Under the pieces are notes generated by a model that made no database searches, was not told where the DNA came from, and was given only the letters and a program-made list of their open reading frames with translations. The position numbers and the translations under genes are program-made. This document shows positions 1 to 12,940 of a DNA stretch of 64,000 bases, piece after piece. Position 1 is the stretch's first letter, and every line of letters begins with the position of its first letter. The stretch covers positions 92,318,001-92,382,000 of the forward strand of contig NC_135892.1 in NCBI RefSeq assembly GCF_964194155.1, given 5' to 3'. Origin of the DNA: Cetorhinus maximus (taxonomy: Eukaryota).

Positions 1-1545
1 TCTTTGCACCCCTTTTTGAACAAGGGTGTAACATTCACAGTTCTCCAGTCCTCTGGCACCTCCCCTGTGTCTAAGGAAGACTGGAAGATTATCACTAGTG
101 CCTCTGCAATTTCCACTCTCACTTCCCTAAGTACCCTTGGATACATCTCATCCAGTCCTGGTACCTTATCTATTTTAATTAAAGATAGCCTTTCCAACAT
201 CTCCTTCCTCTCGATTGTAAGTTCTTCTAGTGTACCAGTTACCTCCTCTCTCACCTCAGCCTGGGTAGAAGACAGTCCCTCATCCCTTTTAACATCCTGG
301 TAAACCTCCACTTTATCTTTCCTAAGGCCTTTACACCTTTCCTGAAGTATGGAGTCAAGAATTGTCCAACACTTCAACCAAGGCTTAACCAGTAATTTGG
401 AAGGTTCTAGTATGATCATTCTCCTTTTATATTTTACATCTTTATCTATAAATGCAAGTAAACCAAAATATTTTCCACCACCTTATTAACTTGGTCTGCT
501 TCCTTTAGGAATTGTGTACATGGATACCACTCTGCTCATCTACACTATTTAAAATCATTCCTTTATACTGTCTTTCCATACTAATCATTCCAAAGTGCAT
601 CATTTCACATTTTCCCACATTGAACTCCATCTGCTATGTTTCTGCCCATTTCTCCATCTTGCCTAGATATCCTGAAGCTTATAACTTTCTGCATCACTAG
701 CTTCTACTCTGCTAAGTTTAATTTTGTCTGCAAACTTTACAATTTGACACCTGAGTCTAGTCATTTATAAAAATTGAGAAGAATAATGGACCCAAAACTG
801 TCCCTTGGGGAACACCACTGCAAGCTACATCCCAATCCAAAAAAAATCCATCCCCCACCACCCATTGCTTCCTGTCACTGAGTCACGATCCCATGTAGCA
901 ATTTGCACCTGCAACTCACCAATCATACTACAGACACTGACGTACACACAATGTATTGCCTCCTTCATTACTTTTGCTAATTTCTTCCATCTGTTTGCTG
1001 CAATTTTTGGGATATTTCCAATTTTATTGCTGTTAATATCTGTTTTTTGATGTAATTTCTGCGCCTGTCTGCTGTTTTCTGGTTCCCTTCTCTCTGCCAT
1101 ATTAGTTTAAACCCTACCCAACAGTACTAGCTAACCTCTCAGTAAGAAAATTTGTCCTGGCTATATTCAGCTGCAACCGATTCATCTTGTACAGGTGACC
1201 CTTCCCTCTCGAACTGATCCCAATGCCGTAAGAATTTGAAACCATCCCTCCTACATCACTTCTCCATCCACACATTCAGCTGCACTATCTTCCTATTTCT
1301 ATACTCATTGGCATTGAGTACTGAGTGGTACTGAGAGTAATTCTGAGATTCCTATCATTTATTTTTAAATCATTTTCCCAGCTCCTAAAACTCTTCCTGA
1401 AGGACCTCACCACTTTTTTTACCAATGTCATAGGTTCCAACATGAATCACGACTTCTGGTTGTTCCCATTCTCCTCACAGAACATCCTGTTCCAGTTCGA
1501 TGATACCCTTCATCTTGGCACCAAGGCATCAATGTTCCATTCATG
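1..1545 (-). mobile_element. Degraded CR1-type LINE fragments (RT region and ORF1/ORF2 junction pieces)
   Basis: Minus strand reads like CR1 ORF2 (SPGLDEMYPRVLRE...NVTPLFKKGC); later pieces resemble CR1 3' RT and ORF1 sequence; frameshifted. Confidence 0.7.
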
Positions 1546-1552
1546 AATCATG

Positions 1553-2070
1553 GGGCAGGATATTGAGTTCGGCGAGCGGGGGGCGGAACTCCCGACGTCA
1601 CCCCGCTTCATTTCAATTTTCAGGTTGACGGGGACGCAGCTGATTCAGCTGTGCGCCCGCTGACCTGTCAACGGCCAATTGAGGCCATTTAAAAACTAAT
1701 TGAAGTAGTTAAAGGGCCTACCCATCCAACCTTAAGGTTGGTGGGCAGGCCGGGAGCCCTGGCGGGCTTCAGAAAAAGCATGAAACCTCATCCACGGGTG
1801 GGATGAAGTTTCATGTAGGTTTTTAAAAATTTAATAAAAGTTTAATTGAAAGTGATGGACATGTCCCAACTCACGTGACAGTGTCACATGAGGGGACATG
1901 TCAGGGAAATTTTATTTTTCTATATTTCACATTTTTGAATTTGGAACCGCTCTCCCTGAAGCAGCACTTAGCCTTAGGGAGATGAGTGCGCTCTTTTGCG
2001 TGCATGCGCGAAAGAGCGCATTCTCAGCTTAGGGAATCCCCCCTTGCCCGCACAGGGGGGAAATTTCTTC
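1553..2070. mobile_element. Harbinger-family MITE (main ~0.65-kb family), right end truncated
   Basis: GGGCAGGATATT terminus; shares internal blocks CCAACCTTAAGGTTGG, AAACCTCATCCACGGG and the GACATGTCCC hairpin with other copies. Confidence 0.75.
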
Positions 2071-2499
2071 CCATGGTCAAATCCCTCCTACTGCTGGGTG
2101 TTTGATTCTTCCTGGGTTCCTCCAAGGTGCTGTCATCCTTCCTAGTATTCAAAACTGAAACTGGTTAACGAGTGCCATTGACTTGGCAGATTCTTTTGCT
2201 ACCTGTTTCTTCTGGCTAGCCAGTCTGTTGTACATCTATTCCCTCATCCCTGCATCATCTTTAAGTGTAGGCTGTGCATATCCCGGAATGTACATTTGAG
2301 GAAATATCGAACTCCCCGATGCACTGCAGTGACTCCAGTCACTCCTCAAGCTCAGAAATTTGAGTTTGTGCAACTGGTGGTACTTCCTGCACACATGGTT
2401 ATCTAGGATGCAAGGTGTCTTCTGGAGTTCCCACATGGAACAGGATGCATTCTATAACCACTATACCAACTACCAAATCCATCTTTGGCAGGAGTACAA

Positions 2500-3122
2500 G
2501 TCCGGTGGTATTGAATTGCTGCCTGATAGCAGCCACACCTGAATTTCCTTTCTATTGATCTCAGTCGGCCTCCACTGCCGTAATATGCTGGGCAGTGGAA
2601 GGTGGTTGAGAGCGAGAAGGCTGGTTTTTCACCCAAGTTGGTGAAAACGCGGGATGGGGGGGAGATACACCCTCTGGGGGGGGCACACTGTGCACCTCAC
2701 CTAAGATCATACCCCACTTTGTGCCTCCCGGTCTGGCCTTGAAAACCTGCCCCCACCCGCTTTGTGCGCCTTCCCCACTCCGCACCCCCCCCTCCCCCCC
2801 CAGAGCGTCTGATCCCTCCCCGCCCAAAAAAATTCTGGAACTTACCTGGGTCTGCTCACCATGATCTTTCTCGTGGGACTGCCGCTGCACCCACAACTGA
2901 GTTCTGGCACTGCTGGGACTGCAAGAGCTGTTGGCCAACAGATTGGTCGGCATCACTCGAGGGCAGGACTTCCTTCCACTGAGGGGCAGAAGCCTGACCC
3001 ATCAACTTGTTTAAGCCCCTGGCAGCGTGTTACTGCTGCGGTGGAAGGCTTTGAAAAGTCAGTCGGTTTCCAAGAGACTTTTTTTTCCCCAACCCCCCCA
3101 CCCACCCCACATTAAATGCAAC
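2500..3122. mobile_element. GC-rich MITE-like element of a second family (GAGCTG..GGCCAA..GATTGG motif)
   Basis: Motif AGCTG.TGGCCAA..GATTGG recurs near 19100, 38440, 44840 and 56720; boundaries approximate. Confidence 0.5.
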
Positions 3123-4091
3123 CTTTAGAGTTCGATGGGGCTGGGAAGAGAGGGGAAGATAAGAGATGTGTAGGAAGGAGTAGGAGTTTTGATTAAAAAG
3201 GATCAGCCATCATCATTGGTTCATCTTTCAGCTCTGATTATCACTAGTCATCGAATGAGTTCAGTGAAAGAAGGCAAGTTCTAATTATATAAGCAGTCGC
3301 TTGGTAGCTTTGTCAAATACCTTTTCCAGTCAGTGACAGAATGAATGTGAAAACTAAACTTTGCAATTAGGTGATTTTTCTCACTTAGGCAGACAATAAT
3401 GATACAAGCCTAATCATAAATGAAACATTTCATTATTTTGCCGCTTAGTATTTTGAATGTCAGGATTCCAGGGTATTAATATAATGTGGTACATCTTCCA
3501 TTCTTCCACTTTGTCATCTAGTTTCAATCAGCATTACGAAAACTGACAACCAATACATTGCAACAAGTATTAGTTATATTTCAAATGTCAGTGTTTGCAT
3601 TCGCACATTAAGTCTTCAAATCAAAGATATAAATCTACGGATTTCATTTCAAAGCACCGAGAGTTTATCCTCAATCAGAACTGCAGTAATTCAGAAAATG
3701 TTAACGTTTGACGTTTTGCTAGCACTGTCTAAATAAAGCATCAGGTTAAATGCTGACATTTAATCTGTGTCATCTGGCAATGGATCAGCATAACGTGAGC
3801 CTGAAAAGGGATCGTTTGTGCAGCTATGAATGGACACCTCATAAATGGCCATTCAGACGTGGACTATATATTGAGTGTTGGCAGCCTATTTTGAGCATGA
3901 TGAGGTGGGGCGTCGGATCACTGCAGCCAACAACAAGCCTAGCCTCATCTAGCATTAACATGAGACCAGCTGCAAGCCCGATTAAAGACCAGGAGTTTAG
4001 AACATTAAAACTGGTCAATTTGTCAAATGCTACGGGAAATTCTCACTCTAAGGTGAATCAGACTAAACAAACCTGTGAGACGTATATGTTA

Positions 4092-4400
<309 letters not shown>

Positions 4401-4546
4401 CTAAGTTGATTGAGTCTCATTCCTGTTAAAATGTTTTTTTATTGCAATTGTAGAGATTCCCAGATTTCCAGGTCAAACAAGATTTAGTGAGGGAAGAAGC
4501 TGGCAAAACTTCAATGGAAAGAGGAAACAAATATTCTAGTGACTTG

Positions 4547-5223
4547 GGGGAGGATTTTCCTCTAGTCGGGCGGGCGCAGCAGGTGGGCCCGGGAGCAGCC
4601 ATGCAATGGTCCACCACCTGTGATTGGGCTCCGATCGCGATTTCACACTGGCTGGCCAATTGGCGTCCAGCCAGTGTGAAAAACACGCTGATTACCCCGC
4701 AGCACTGCGGGATAAAGACGGGAGGAGCGTGAGCACTGAAGTGTGCGCGTGCGCGGGGAAGCGCTTAGTGAAAGCTCCCTGAAAGCATAGGGCTGCCTCA
4801 GGGAGCTGAAGATTTTTAACATTAAAAACTAAGTTTTTAAAAATAAGGGAAACATGACTCTGGGACATGTGAAAAATGAGTTTAAAAATGTTTTATTATT
4901 TTTTTTCAATCACTGTTCGAAACCGCATCTCGCCCGTGGATGAGGTTTCACAAAAAAATGCAAAGGCTGCTTTGCCTATTTGCCTGCCCGCCAACCGTAA
5001 GGTTGGTCGGGCAGGGAAAAATTCACTTTAATTAATTGATTAATGGGCTTAACGGCCCTCTTAATTGGCGGTGGGTGCGCTGCCGACTGTCGCACTCATC
5101 CGCCAACCAAAATATCACGTGAGTGCGTGATGACGTCGGGATGCTCGCCCAACATCATCACGCGCTATTTCACGCTCGTGCATGCCGGGCACATGTCTGC
5201 ACGCCTAGCTGAACATCCTGCCC
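4547..5223. mobile_element. Harbinger-family MITE, full length (~680 bp)
   Basis: Termini GGGGAGGATTTTCC ... CATCCTGCCC; flanking triplets TTG/CTG; inverted relative to the copies at 1553 and 12078. Confidence 0.8.
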
Positions 5224-5261
5224 CTGGAATATCATTGTTTTTCTAGGAATTAGAGAATCAT

Positions 5262-5905
5262 GTGGGATATGGGATACTTGCCTTTATTAGCCTAGGCATA
5301 GAATATAAGAGCAGGGGGGTTATGCTGGAACTGTATAAAATGCTGGTTAGGCCACAGCTAGAGTATTGTGTGCAGTATTGTGTGCAGTTCTGGAATCCGC
5401 ATTATAGGAAGGATGTGATTGCACTAGAGAGAGTGCAGAGGGGATTTACCAGGATGTTTCCTGGGCTGGAGAATTTTAGTTAAGAGGAGAGATTGGATAG
5501 ACTGGGGTTATTTTCCCTGGAACAAAGGAGATTGAGGGGGGACATGATTGAGGTGTATAAAATTATGAGGGGCATAGATAGGGTAGACAGGAAGGAACTT
5601 TTCCCCTCGGTGGAGGGATCAATAACCAGGGGGCATAGATTTAAGGTAAGGGGCAGGAGATTTAGGGGGGATGTGAGGAAGAATTTTTTCACCCAGAGGG
5701 TGGTGGGAATCTGGAACTCACTGCCTGAAAGGGTGGTAGAGGCAGAAACCCTCATAACATTTAAGAAGTATTTGGATGTGCACTTGCGATGCCATGGCAT
5801 ACAATGTTATAGGCCTAGTGCTGGAAAATGGGATTAGAATAGTTAGGTGCTTGTTGGGCCGATGGGCCTTTTTCTGTGCTGTAGACCTCTATGACTATGA
5901 CTCCA
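5262..5905 (+). mobile_element. CR1/HER1-type LINE 3' end
   Basis: ORFs 5262..5483 and 5493..5837 encode the CR1 ORF2 C-terminus (LYKMLVRPQLEYCVQFW; RRLRGDMIEVYKIM; FFTQRVVGIWNSLP); tail ctctatgactatgactc. Confidence 0.9.
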
Positions 5906-6134
5906 TGGCCCTGCAAACCCACAAGGCTGTTTATATGGTATTGTACCTATCAGTTGTCGCTTCTGCTTGCCAGTCATCTCCAGTGCTGACCACACCATAT
6001 ATTGCATTGGTGTTTCAGAAGTGCAATTTTTATGTAGCCTGGTAAGTAAAGTATTGGAAAAGTAGGAAAGTGCAAGGCTTAGTGAGTCAGGTAGATCTAG
6101 TGTCCTTAAGTGGATCTCTGATTCTGCACAATTT

Positions 6135-8025
6135 TTTGTTTATTCTTTCATGGAATGTGGGCATCACTGGCAAGGCCAGCATTTGTTGCCCATCCCTAAT
6201 TTCCCTTGAGAAAGTGATGGTATGTTGCCTTCTTGCAGTCTATCTGGTGTAGGTACACCCACAGTGTTGTTAGGAAGGGAGCTCCAGGATTTTGATCCGG
6301 TGACAGTGATGGAATAGTGATATGTTCCAAATCAGGATGGCGTGTGGCTTGAAGGGGAACTTGCAGGTTGTGGTGTTGCTATCTGTCTGCTGTCCTCGTC
6401 TTTCTAGGTGGTAGAGATCATGGTCTTGGCGGGTGCTGTTGGAGGAGCCTTGATGAGTTGCTCCAGTGCATCTTGTATGTAGTGTACACTGCTACCACTA
6501 TGCATAGGTAGTGGAGGGAGTGAATGTTTAAGTTGGTGGATGGGACCTGTGATTTCAAAGCTTGTATTTTTCAAGACAGACTCTAGTGAAAATGCAAACT
6601 GGAAAGGGGACTTGAGAAAGGAAACTGGCCCATTGAGTTCCTAAGAAAACTATGGCTGAAACTAAGATTGGAAACCAAATCTTCTGGAGAGACTGAAACT
6701 GGTTGAAATCATATAAAAGGACGCAGAGCCATCAGACTCTAATAATGATTGCAGTGGTGCAGTATAGGCAGGCTGAAGAAAAGAGGCTAGATCCAGAAGC
6801 TGAGAATAGGCAAATATACAGTTGCTGCAGCTGTTTCTGTTACTTGAACTTAACATTGGTGTAAGCAGAGGATGTCCTGCAGATGTGAGACATTTTTGGT
6901 CAAGACCGTGCCCTTGGGTCTCGAGATGGTGGTCCACTGCTGTTGGCTGGGGATCAGGCTAAATTCTGGAAGAAGAGGAACTGAAATTCTTTGTGAGGAA
7001 GACAAGAGCTTTAAAAGACTTTGTAACTGAGATTGATGACATATTTGCTGAGTGGACCGCTGAGCCAATTTGTAAGATCTGTCTTAGTCGTACCTGCCAT
7101 TTAATGTGTAATTTATAGTTTATAATTGAACACAGTTTGCCTGTTAGTTAATGTTCAACTTATGTTGATTCTGTGTTTTAGAGCATATGTGGTTACCCAA
7201 GTTAGTACTTAGTATTTGCTTTGTTTGACACTTGTATAGTTAAAAATTATTTTGTTTCAAACCCTGGAATCTTTGTGGCTTCATTCTTTCAGTAAACAAC
7301 TGGGATTTCAGATTTCTTCCCTTTTCAAAGTAAGTTACTGGTCTCAACTGAGATCAAAGTAAGTGTTGTAGAAGCCGCTGTTACAATCCATGTAGAGACT
7401 GTTAACTTTTAAAGAGAAATTCAAAATTCCTGTTTTTTACTGAAAGAATGAAGCCACAAGATTCTATGGTTTAAATAAATGATTTTACTATTACAAGAGT
7501 CAAACAAAGCAAACACTACTGACTAAACACTATCTTAGGTTATCAGTAACGTTTTACAATAATAAAAACAATTAACACGATTACTTAAACTTTAAAACAG
7601 AAATCCTCAAGTGAAACTTTCTCTTTCCACTTTGACTTCACCCCAGAAATCCTTTGGCTACTTATCAAGCTATTAAAGGTTCCTTCAATTCCTTGGACTA
7701 AACCAAAGTGCCTCAACTCTCAGGAATTCACTTTGATTCTCCTCAACGTTCCTGCTATCCTCTGAAGTATGAGTTTTCTTGGGGTCCTTCCACTAGCATC
7801 CAGCTAAGCGACCCATCACCAGGTTGACACCTCATTTTTAGGTATGCCTGGTGCTGCTCCTGGCATGCTCTCCTGCACTCTTCATTGAACCAAGGCTGAT
7901 CCCCCGGCTTGATGATGATGGTAGAGTGAGGGATATGCCAGGCCATGAGGTTACAGATTGTGGTTGTATACAGTTCTGCTGCTGCTGATGGCCCACAGCG
8001 CCTCATGGATGCCCAGTTTTGAGAT
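6135..8025 (-). mobile_element. Two CR1-like LINE fragments (about 6135-6545 and 7815-8025) separated by LTR-like sequence
   Basis: ORF 7755..8006(-) KPGDQPWFNEECRRACQEQHQAYLKM is typical LINE ORF2 linker; the 6135-6545 piece resembles the copy at 57850-58410. Confidence 0.65.
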
Positions 8026-8734
8026 TCACTACGGCGGCTTAACAGGTGCCAGTGGTCTAAATGTCAGTGCGATTGACAATTTTGCAGCCACATGTAGAGC
8101 TGCCTGAGCAAATAATCCTGGCTGGAGATCGTCAGGTAGTAGCTAATCACTGGTTAAGTGTACACTAGTGAAGGAAGGTCGAAGTTACGAGGTCTTTGTA
8201 GGACCTGCATGCCCTGTAAATTTGTTGTGACAATAGAGTGCTATTTTGTCAAATGGTGCTTTTGTGCACTTGTCCTTGTCCTCCTCCTTTAAAATTACCT
8301 ACAAGGGAATGCAATAAGGAATTCTGTACCTGCTATTCAGATCCTGTCACTACGAGTGGGGCCAAAGATTTCCCATGGGTCTCAGATTGTCAAAGGCAAG
8401 CCAAACCTAATCCAGTTGCAAGGCAAAAATAATGCTTTAAAAGCTTAGCTGTAATACCAGCAATCTCTCTTGAAAGTTTGTTCAGGCTGAATGCTCCAAA
8501 GTAAACCACTTCCACCAGTATCAACTGCAGGTTGCATTTACACCTCCTGTATTTTATTGTAATTTACTTGTGGTGCAATGGAAGCACAGGCCAGAGGCTT
8601 TGGGGTTTCTAATGTCATTCTTCTGTATCAAATTTTATATCAATGAATCTTTGTGGGAGCACAAAGGAAGGGCCCAGATCACATTGCAATCTACAGTGTA
8701 ACCATTACAAGACAAACTCAGCAGAAATGGGTTC

Positions 8735-10600
8735 TGTTGTATCATGCCTTTAAGGGATATCAGTATGACATCACTAGGAGGGAAATGTGTCATGTGAACC
8801 GGCCTTAATTTCACTTTTGCTTTGAGAAGAGCACATACACAGCTCTGATGCCTTCTACCTATGTTCTCATGTACCTAGTCTTAATAAATGAACCCATAAA
8901 ACATTTACCCAATCCCCTATGAGCAACAGGTGCCTTGTGTCTTGTACAGTAAATAAGCCCAAGGTAATATATCATTGTAATAACACAACATAGTGATCAG
9001 TGCTGGTAAGGCAGGGCGCAGCACGATTAAGTATAGGTATGGCATGGTGAACAGCCTTGAATCATGGTACATGGCATGAGAAGATCCTCGAGTTTTGGTC
9101 AGACCGTAATTAAGTCGTAGCATCGAAGAGGGTTGAAAACACAGCCTGGTGATTGCGAAGAAAAGCTTTGGAGACACAGCACCAAGCTAGTGCTGAAGTA
9201 AAGAGCTGGTAAGCAGACGGGTCCCTCGTGGTGAGATTGCACTACGTAGCCTGTCAGTTCCATGAGTGGGACAGTCCGTCGAGAGGACCAGCACCAGGTT
9301 AGCTCAGTCAGAAAATACGAGTGACCAGGGTGTGGGCCAGAGCGATAGCTAGCAAGGAGAGTCAAACAAAATACAAGTCATGAAAATCAGGCCAGGGAAG
9401 GATGCGTTTGTAATGGGCGGCTTCGGGAGTTGCGGAACAATAAATTGAATGAAAAGCAAAGGTGCCATTACTCCATGAAGCGTTCCTGCCACAACTCGTC
9501 TTCATGGGCAGGGCTCCAGAAAAGCACACGAAATCAGCTACACCGACACTCATCCCAGCTACTACAGAAGAAAGAAGGTTAAAGGAGTGTTGTCAGAATG
9601 TCCACAAAATCCCCAGTTTGAACTGATTTGCAGCTGAGCCAGTGGTGGGTTTACTATGAAACAAACGGTTCAGTGGCATGGGGTTACAGTAGAAGGCCAT
9701 TTCAGAATCAGGTTAAATTTCCATATTTATCAACTTTTGTTCATGTCATTTCGACAACAGCCTACAGGATCCATAGGCCATTTCATCAGCAGCTGCAGAG
9801 AAAAGGGTGCGTACTGTAATTTTTCAAATGCCGCACTAGCAGACAGAATTGTTGAGTTGGCGATTGCATCCACTCCCATTGAAGCATTCCAGAAAGGTCT
9901 GCTAGTCAAGCCTAAATGTATAGCAACGAAGAGCTACTCAAGGATGGACCTAAGTATGAAGTGATTTTCACAGTTTGACAAAGCTTACAGGTCCTAAGTA
10001 CAACCCCAATTGTTGACGCACTCACTAAAACATCCAAATCTGGCAAGACATGTGGAAGGTGTGGCCTTTTCCAAGCACCAAGGAAATGCCCAGCTTTCAA
10101 GCAAATCTGCAAGGTATGTGGCTGAAAGGGCCATTGGCAGCGGCAGTGCACTAGAGCAAAGGCTGATGCAGCCACAAACAGCTGTGCACTGATCCAATCA
10201 GCCCATACACTACGGGTACCTTCAAGCAATAAGAATGACTGTCCAGTATCCCGTCAGAAATATATACATACACACAAGTATACAGGTGATTAATAAACCG
10301 GACAATGATGATGATGCGTATGATGGGACGTCAATCTCATGGAAAACATAGATGCCACCATACTGTCCAAAGTGTTTGCCAAGATTCGAATTATCTAAGA
10401 AAGTTGGTAATCGTTCGTTTTGGCCAAGATTGAGACAGGGAAAGTGCCAACATACTACCTCTGCGAATTCTTAAAGAAATGAATCCATAGATATGGAAGG
10501 CCATGGTGAAACCTACTGCTGTGAAACTTTCAGCGTACAACAGTTCACTAATTCCATGTGCAGGGTACATAGTTCTGAAGTGCAAATACAAATCAAATCT
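8735..10600 (+). mobile_element. Decayed Ty3/Gypsy LTR retrotransposon: LTR-like segment followed by gag and protease remnants
   Basis: TGTTG...CAACA-bounded segment (~8735-8990) with AATAAA; gag-like ADRIVELAIASTPIEAFQKGLL; zinc knuckle CGRCG..CPAFKQICKVCG*KGHWQRQC near 10050-10150; degenerate AKI(D/E)TG..SANILP protease motif near 10420. Confidence 0.75.
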
Positions 10601-11379
10601 TTCTGCATGTCACAGATGTTGTGCAACAAGGAAGGCATGTAAAATTCTGACCATTGTTACCAATTGTTCCCATCTTCAGTTTTGCTGAAGGAGGGGTTTT
10701 TCTCAATATTTTGATCTACTTTCTGAGATCATCAACTGTAAACTGCTAAGGGAAGAAATCATGGACGGTACAACACATCAGCTATCGGACAACAGGGTTA
10801 ATTTATCCCTCCAAGCCCCAGTTACTGTAATGCATCACTTTCATATGGAGGCACTGACTCATCTAGGCATGAGACAAATTTTAAGGATCAATGGTGGATT
10901 ACGATACCATTCTCAGTTTCAATACCCGAGAAGGATTTGACACTTTGTACTACTGCCTGGAATGAGTGGCAGCATCAGGGACATCTGTATCTGCCCCTTC
11001 AACAGAGAGGTCTCCAGGTCAGTTAATGCATTCAAATATCTTCCTTGAATATGCAAACACATTACTCTTTATTTTACCAGATCTGCTGCTTTAGAACTAT
11101 TATGATTTTTTAAAGAAATGTAGTTTTTGGTGACCAGGTTACTATAGCCCTCGATCCGTTAGAGCCTCAAATGGATGTCTAGGGTTGTAGGCATTTCTTG
11201 GCTTGAGATTATCTACCTTGACTCAGCAACCTACAAGGAGGAATTTCTTCGCAGACTATTTAAATTGGGTTAACTAAGAAGCAGCAATCTCCTGGAGCTA
11301 TCTACCCCACGGATTATCATGCTCATTAACTGAAAAAAAAAAACTTGAACAGTGATGGCCATCTTTTTGGAGTGGGAAT

Positions 11380-11850
11380 ATAGAAACATAGGATTTAGGA
11401 GAAGGAGTAGGCCATTCAGCCCTTCGAGTTTGCTGTGCCACTTGATAAGGTCATGGCTAATCTGGTTGTGGTCTCAGCTGAACCTTCTTCTCTGCCTCCA
11501 CAACCCTTGACTCCTTTGTCTATTAAAAATCTACCCTGCCCTGAATAAATTCAAAGACGCAATCTCCACTGCGTTATGAGGAAGAGAATTCCAAAGACTA
11601 ATGACCTTCTGGGAGAAAACATTTTTCCTCATCCCCGTCCTAAAAAGGAGACCACTTATTAAACTGTGTCCCCCTCATTCTAGTGTCGCCCAGAAGAGGA
11701 AACATCCCCCCAGCATCTACCCTATTAAACCCGCTCAGGGTCTTATATGTTTCAATAAGATCACGTCTCATTCTTCTAAACTCCAATGGGTGTAGGCCCA
11801 ACCTGTCCAACTTTTCCTTATAGATAAGCTCTTCATTCCAGGAATGAGAT
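11380..11850 (-). mobile_element. CR1-type LINE 3' end
   Basis: Reverse complement of the characteristic 3' UTR (atagaaacataggatttaggagaaggagtaggccattcagccc) plus degraded ORF2 C-terminus. Confidence 0.75.
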
Positions 11851-11972
11851 GGGATGAGAAGAAAGGAAATAAAAAAAGAAAATATGGCAAGGTGAAGTGA
11901 TGTTGTGGCTTCTAATGCTGTTTGGCAAGGAATCTTACTGTTTCCTTTGCCAATTTGTTAAGACAGTCTTAC

Positions 11973-12037
11973 CTAATTATCAAGGCCTCCATCAGGAAAT
12001 CCAGCTCATCCTGTTCAGAACATACCTCCGGCAATGT
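11973..12037 (-). CDS. ALK: ALK exon equivalent to exon 22 (alpha-C helix), [22 protein letters not shown]
   Basis: Not in the ORF track in this frame; tttag|ACA...AG|gtaaga; 65 nt; peptide matches human ALK as I recall it. Confidence 0.95.
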
Positions 12038-12077
12038 CTAAAGAGAACAGAAAATCAGAAGAAGTTACTTTTACCAA

Positions 12078-12732
12078 GGCCAGAATTTTTCACTCGTCAG
12101 CTGGGCATGTGCCCAACCCGAACGAGTGTAAAATGACGCGCGATGACGTTGGGGGAGCGTCCTGACGTCATCGCGCAATATTTCAGTTGAGTCACATGCG
12201 GGAGTCGGCAGCACGCCCACCGACAATGAACAGGCCTATTAAGGCCATTAAAGTCCCAATGGAACTAAATTTTTCGCTGCCTGTCCAACCTTACGGTTGG
12301 CGGGCAGGCAAAAAGGCCAAGCGGCCTTTGGATTTTTTAGGAAACCTCATCCACGGGCGGGGTGAGGTTTCCAACGGCAATTAAAAATTAAATAAAAGTT
12401 TTAACACTTCATTAATAACATAATAAGAGAGTCACACGGGGGGGACATGCTTCATAACATTTTAAAATTCCTTATCTTTAATTTTTAAAATCTTCATCTC
12501 CCCGAGGCAGCTCTGTGCCTCAGAGAGCTTTTCCTGTGCGCAGTTGCACGCATGCGCAAAGTTCCCCACTCCCCCTCCCCCTCCACACAGGCAGCGCTGA
12601 GCGCTGCAGCGCACGTTTCACGCTGGGAGGGCCTTAATTGGCCCGTCATCATGAAATCGTGGGTGGTAGTCTGCTTCCCGACCGCTCCCACTCGCCCCTA
12701 CAAGTCTGCCCAACGAGGGCAAAGTCCTGGCC
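12078..12732. mobile_element. Harbinger-family MITE, full length, TSD CAA
   Basis: GGCCAGAATTTTT ... AAAGTCCTGGCC flanked by CAA/CAA; begins 41 bp from exon 22. Confidence 0.85.
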
Positions 12733-12786
12733 CAAATGTATTTACCATGCATTTCTCAAGAGGGCTGTGGTGTGAGATCCCTTATA

Positions 12787-12940
12787 GAAAAGCAAAATAT
12801 TGCAGATGCTGCAAATTTGAAATAAAAACAGAAAATACTAGAAATACTCAGCAGGTCAGGCGTGGAGAGAAACGCCAGTTAACACTTCAGGTCATAAGGC
12901 CTGTTGTCATCTGAGCATTTCCAGCATTCCCTGTTTCTTT
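12787..12940. mobile_element. Short Penelope-like terminal element, degraded
   Basis: aaaagcaaaatattgcagatgctg...aatactcagcaggtcagg block shared with 44550, 49925, 51270 and 51985. Confidence 0.55.
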
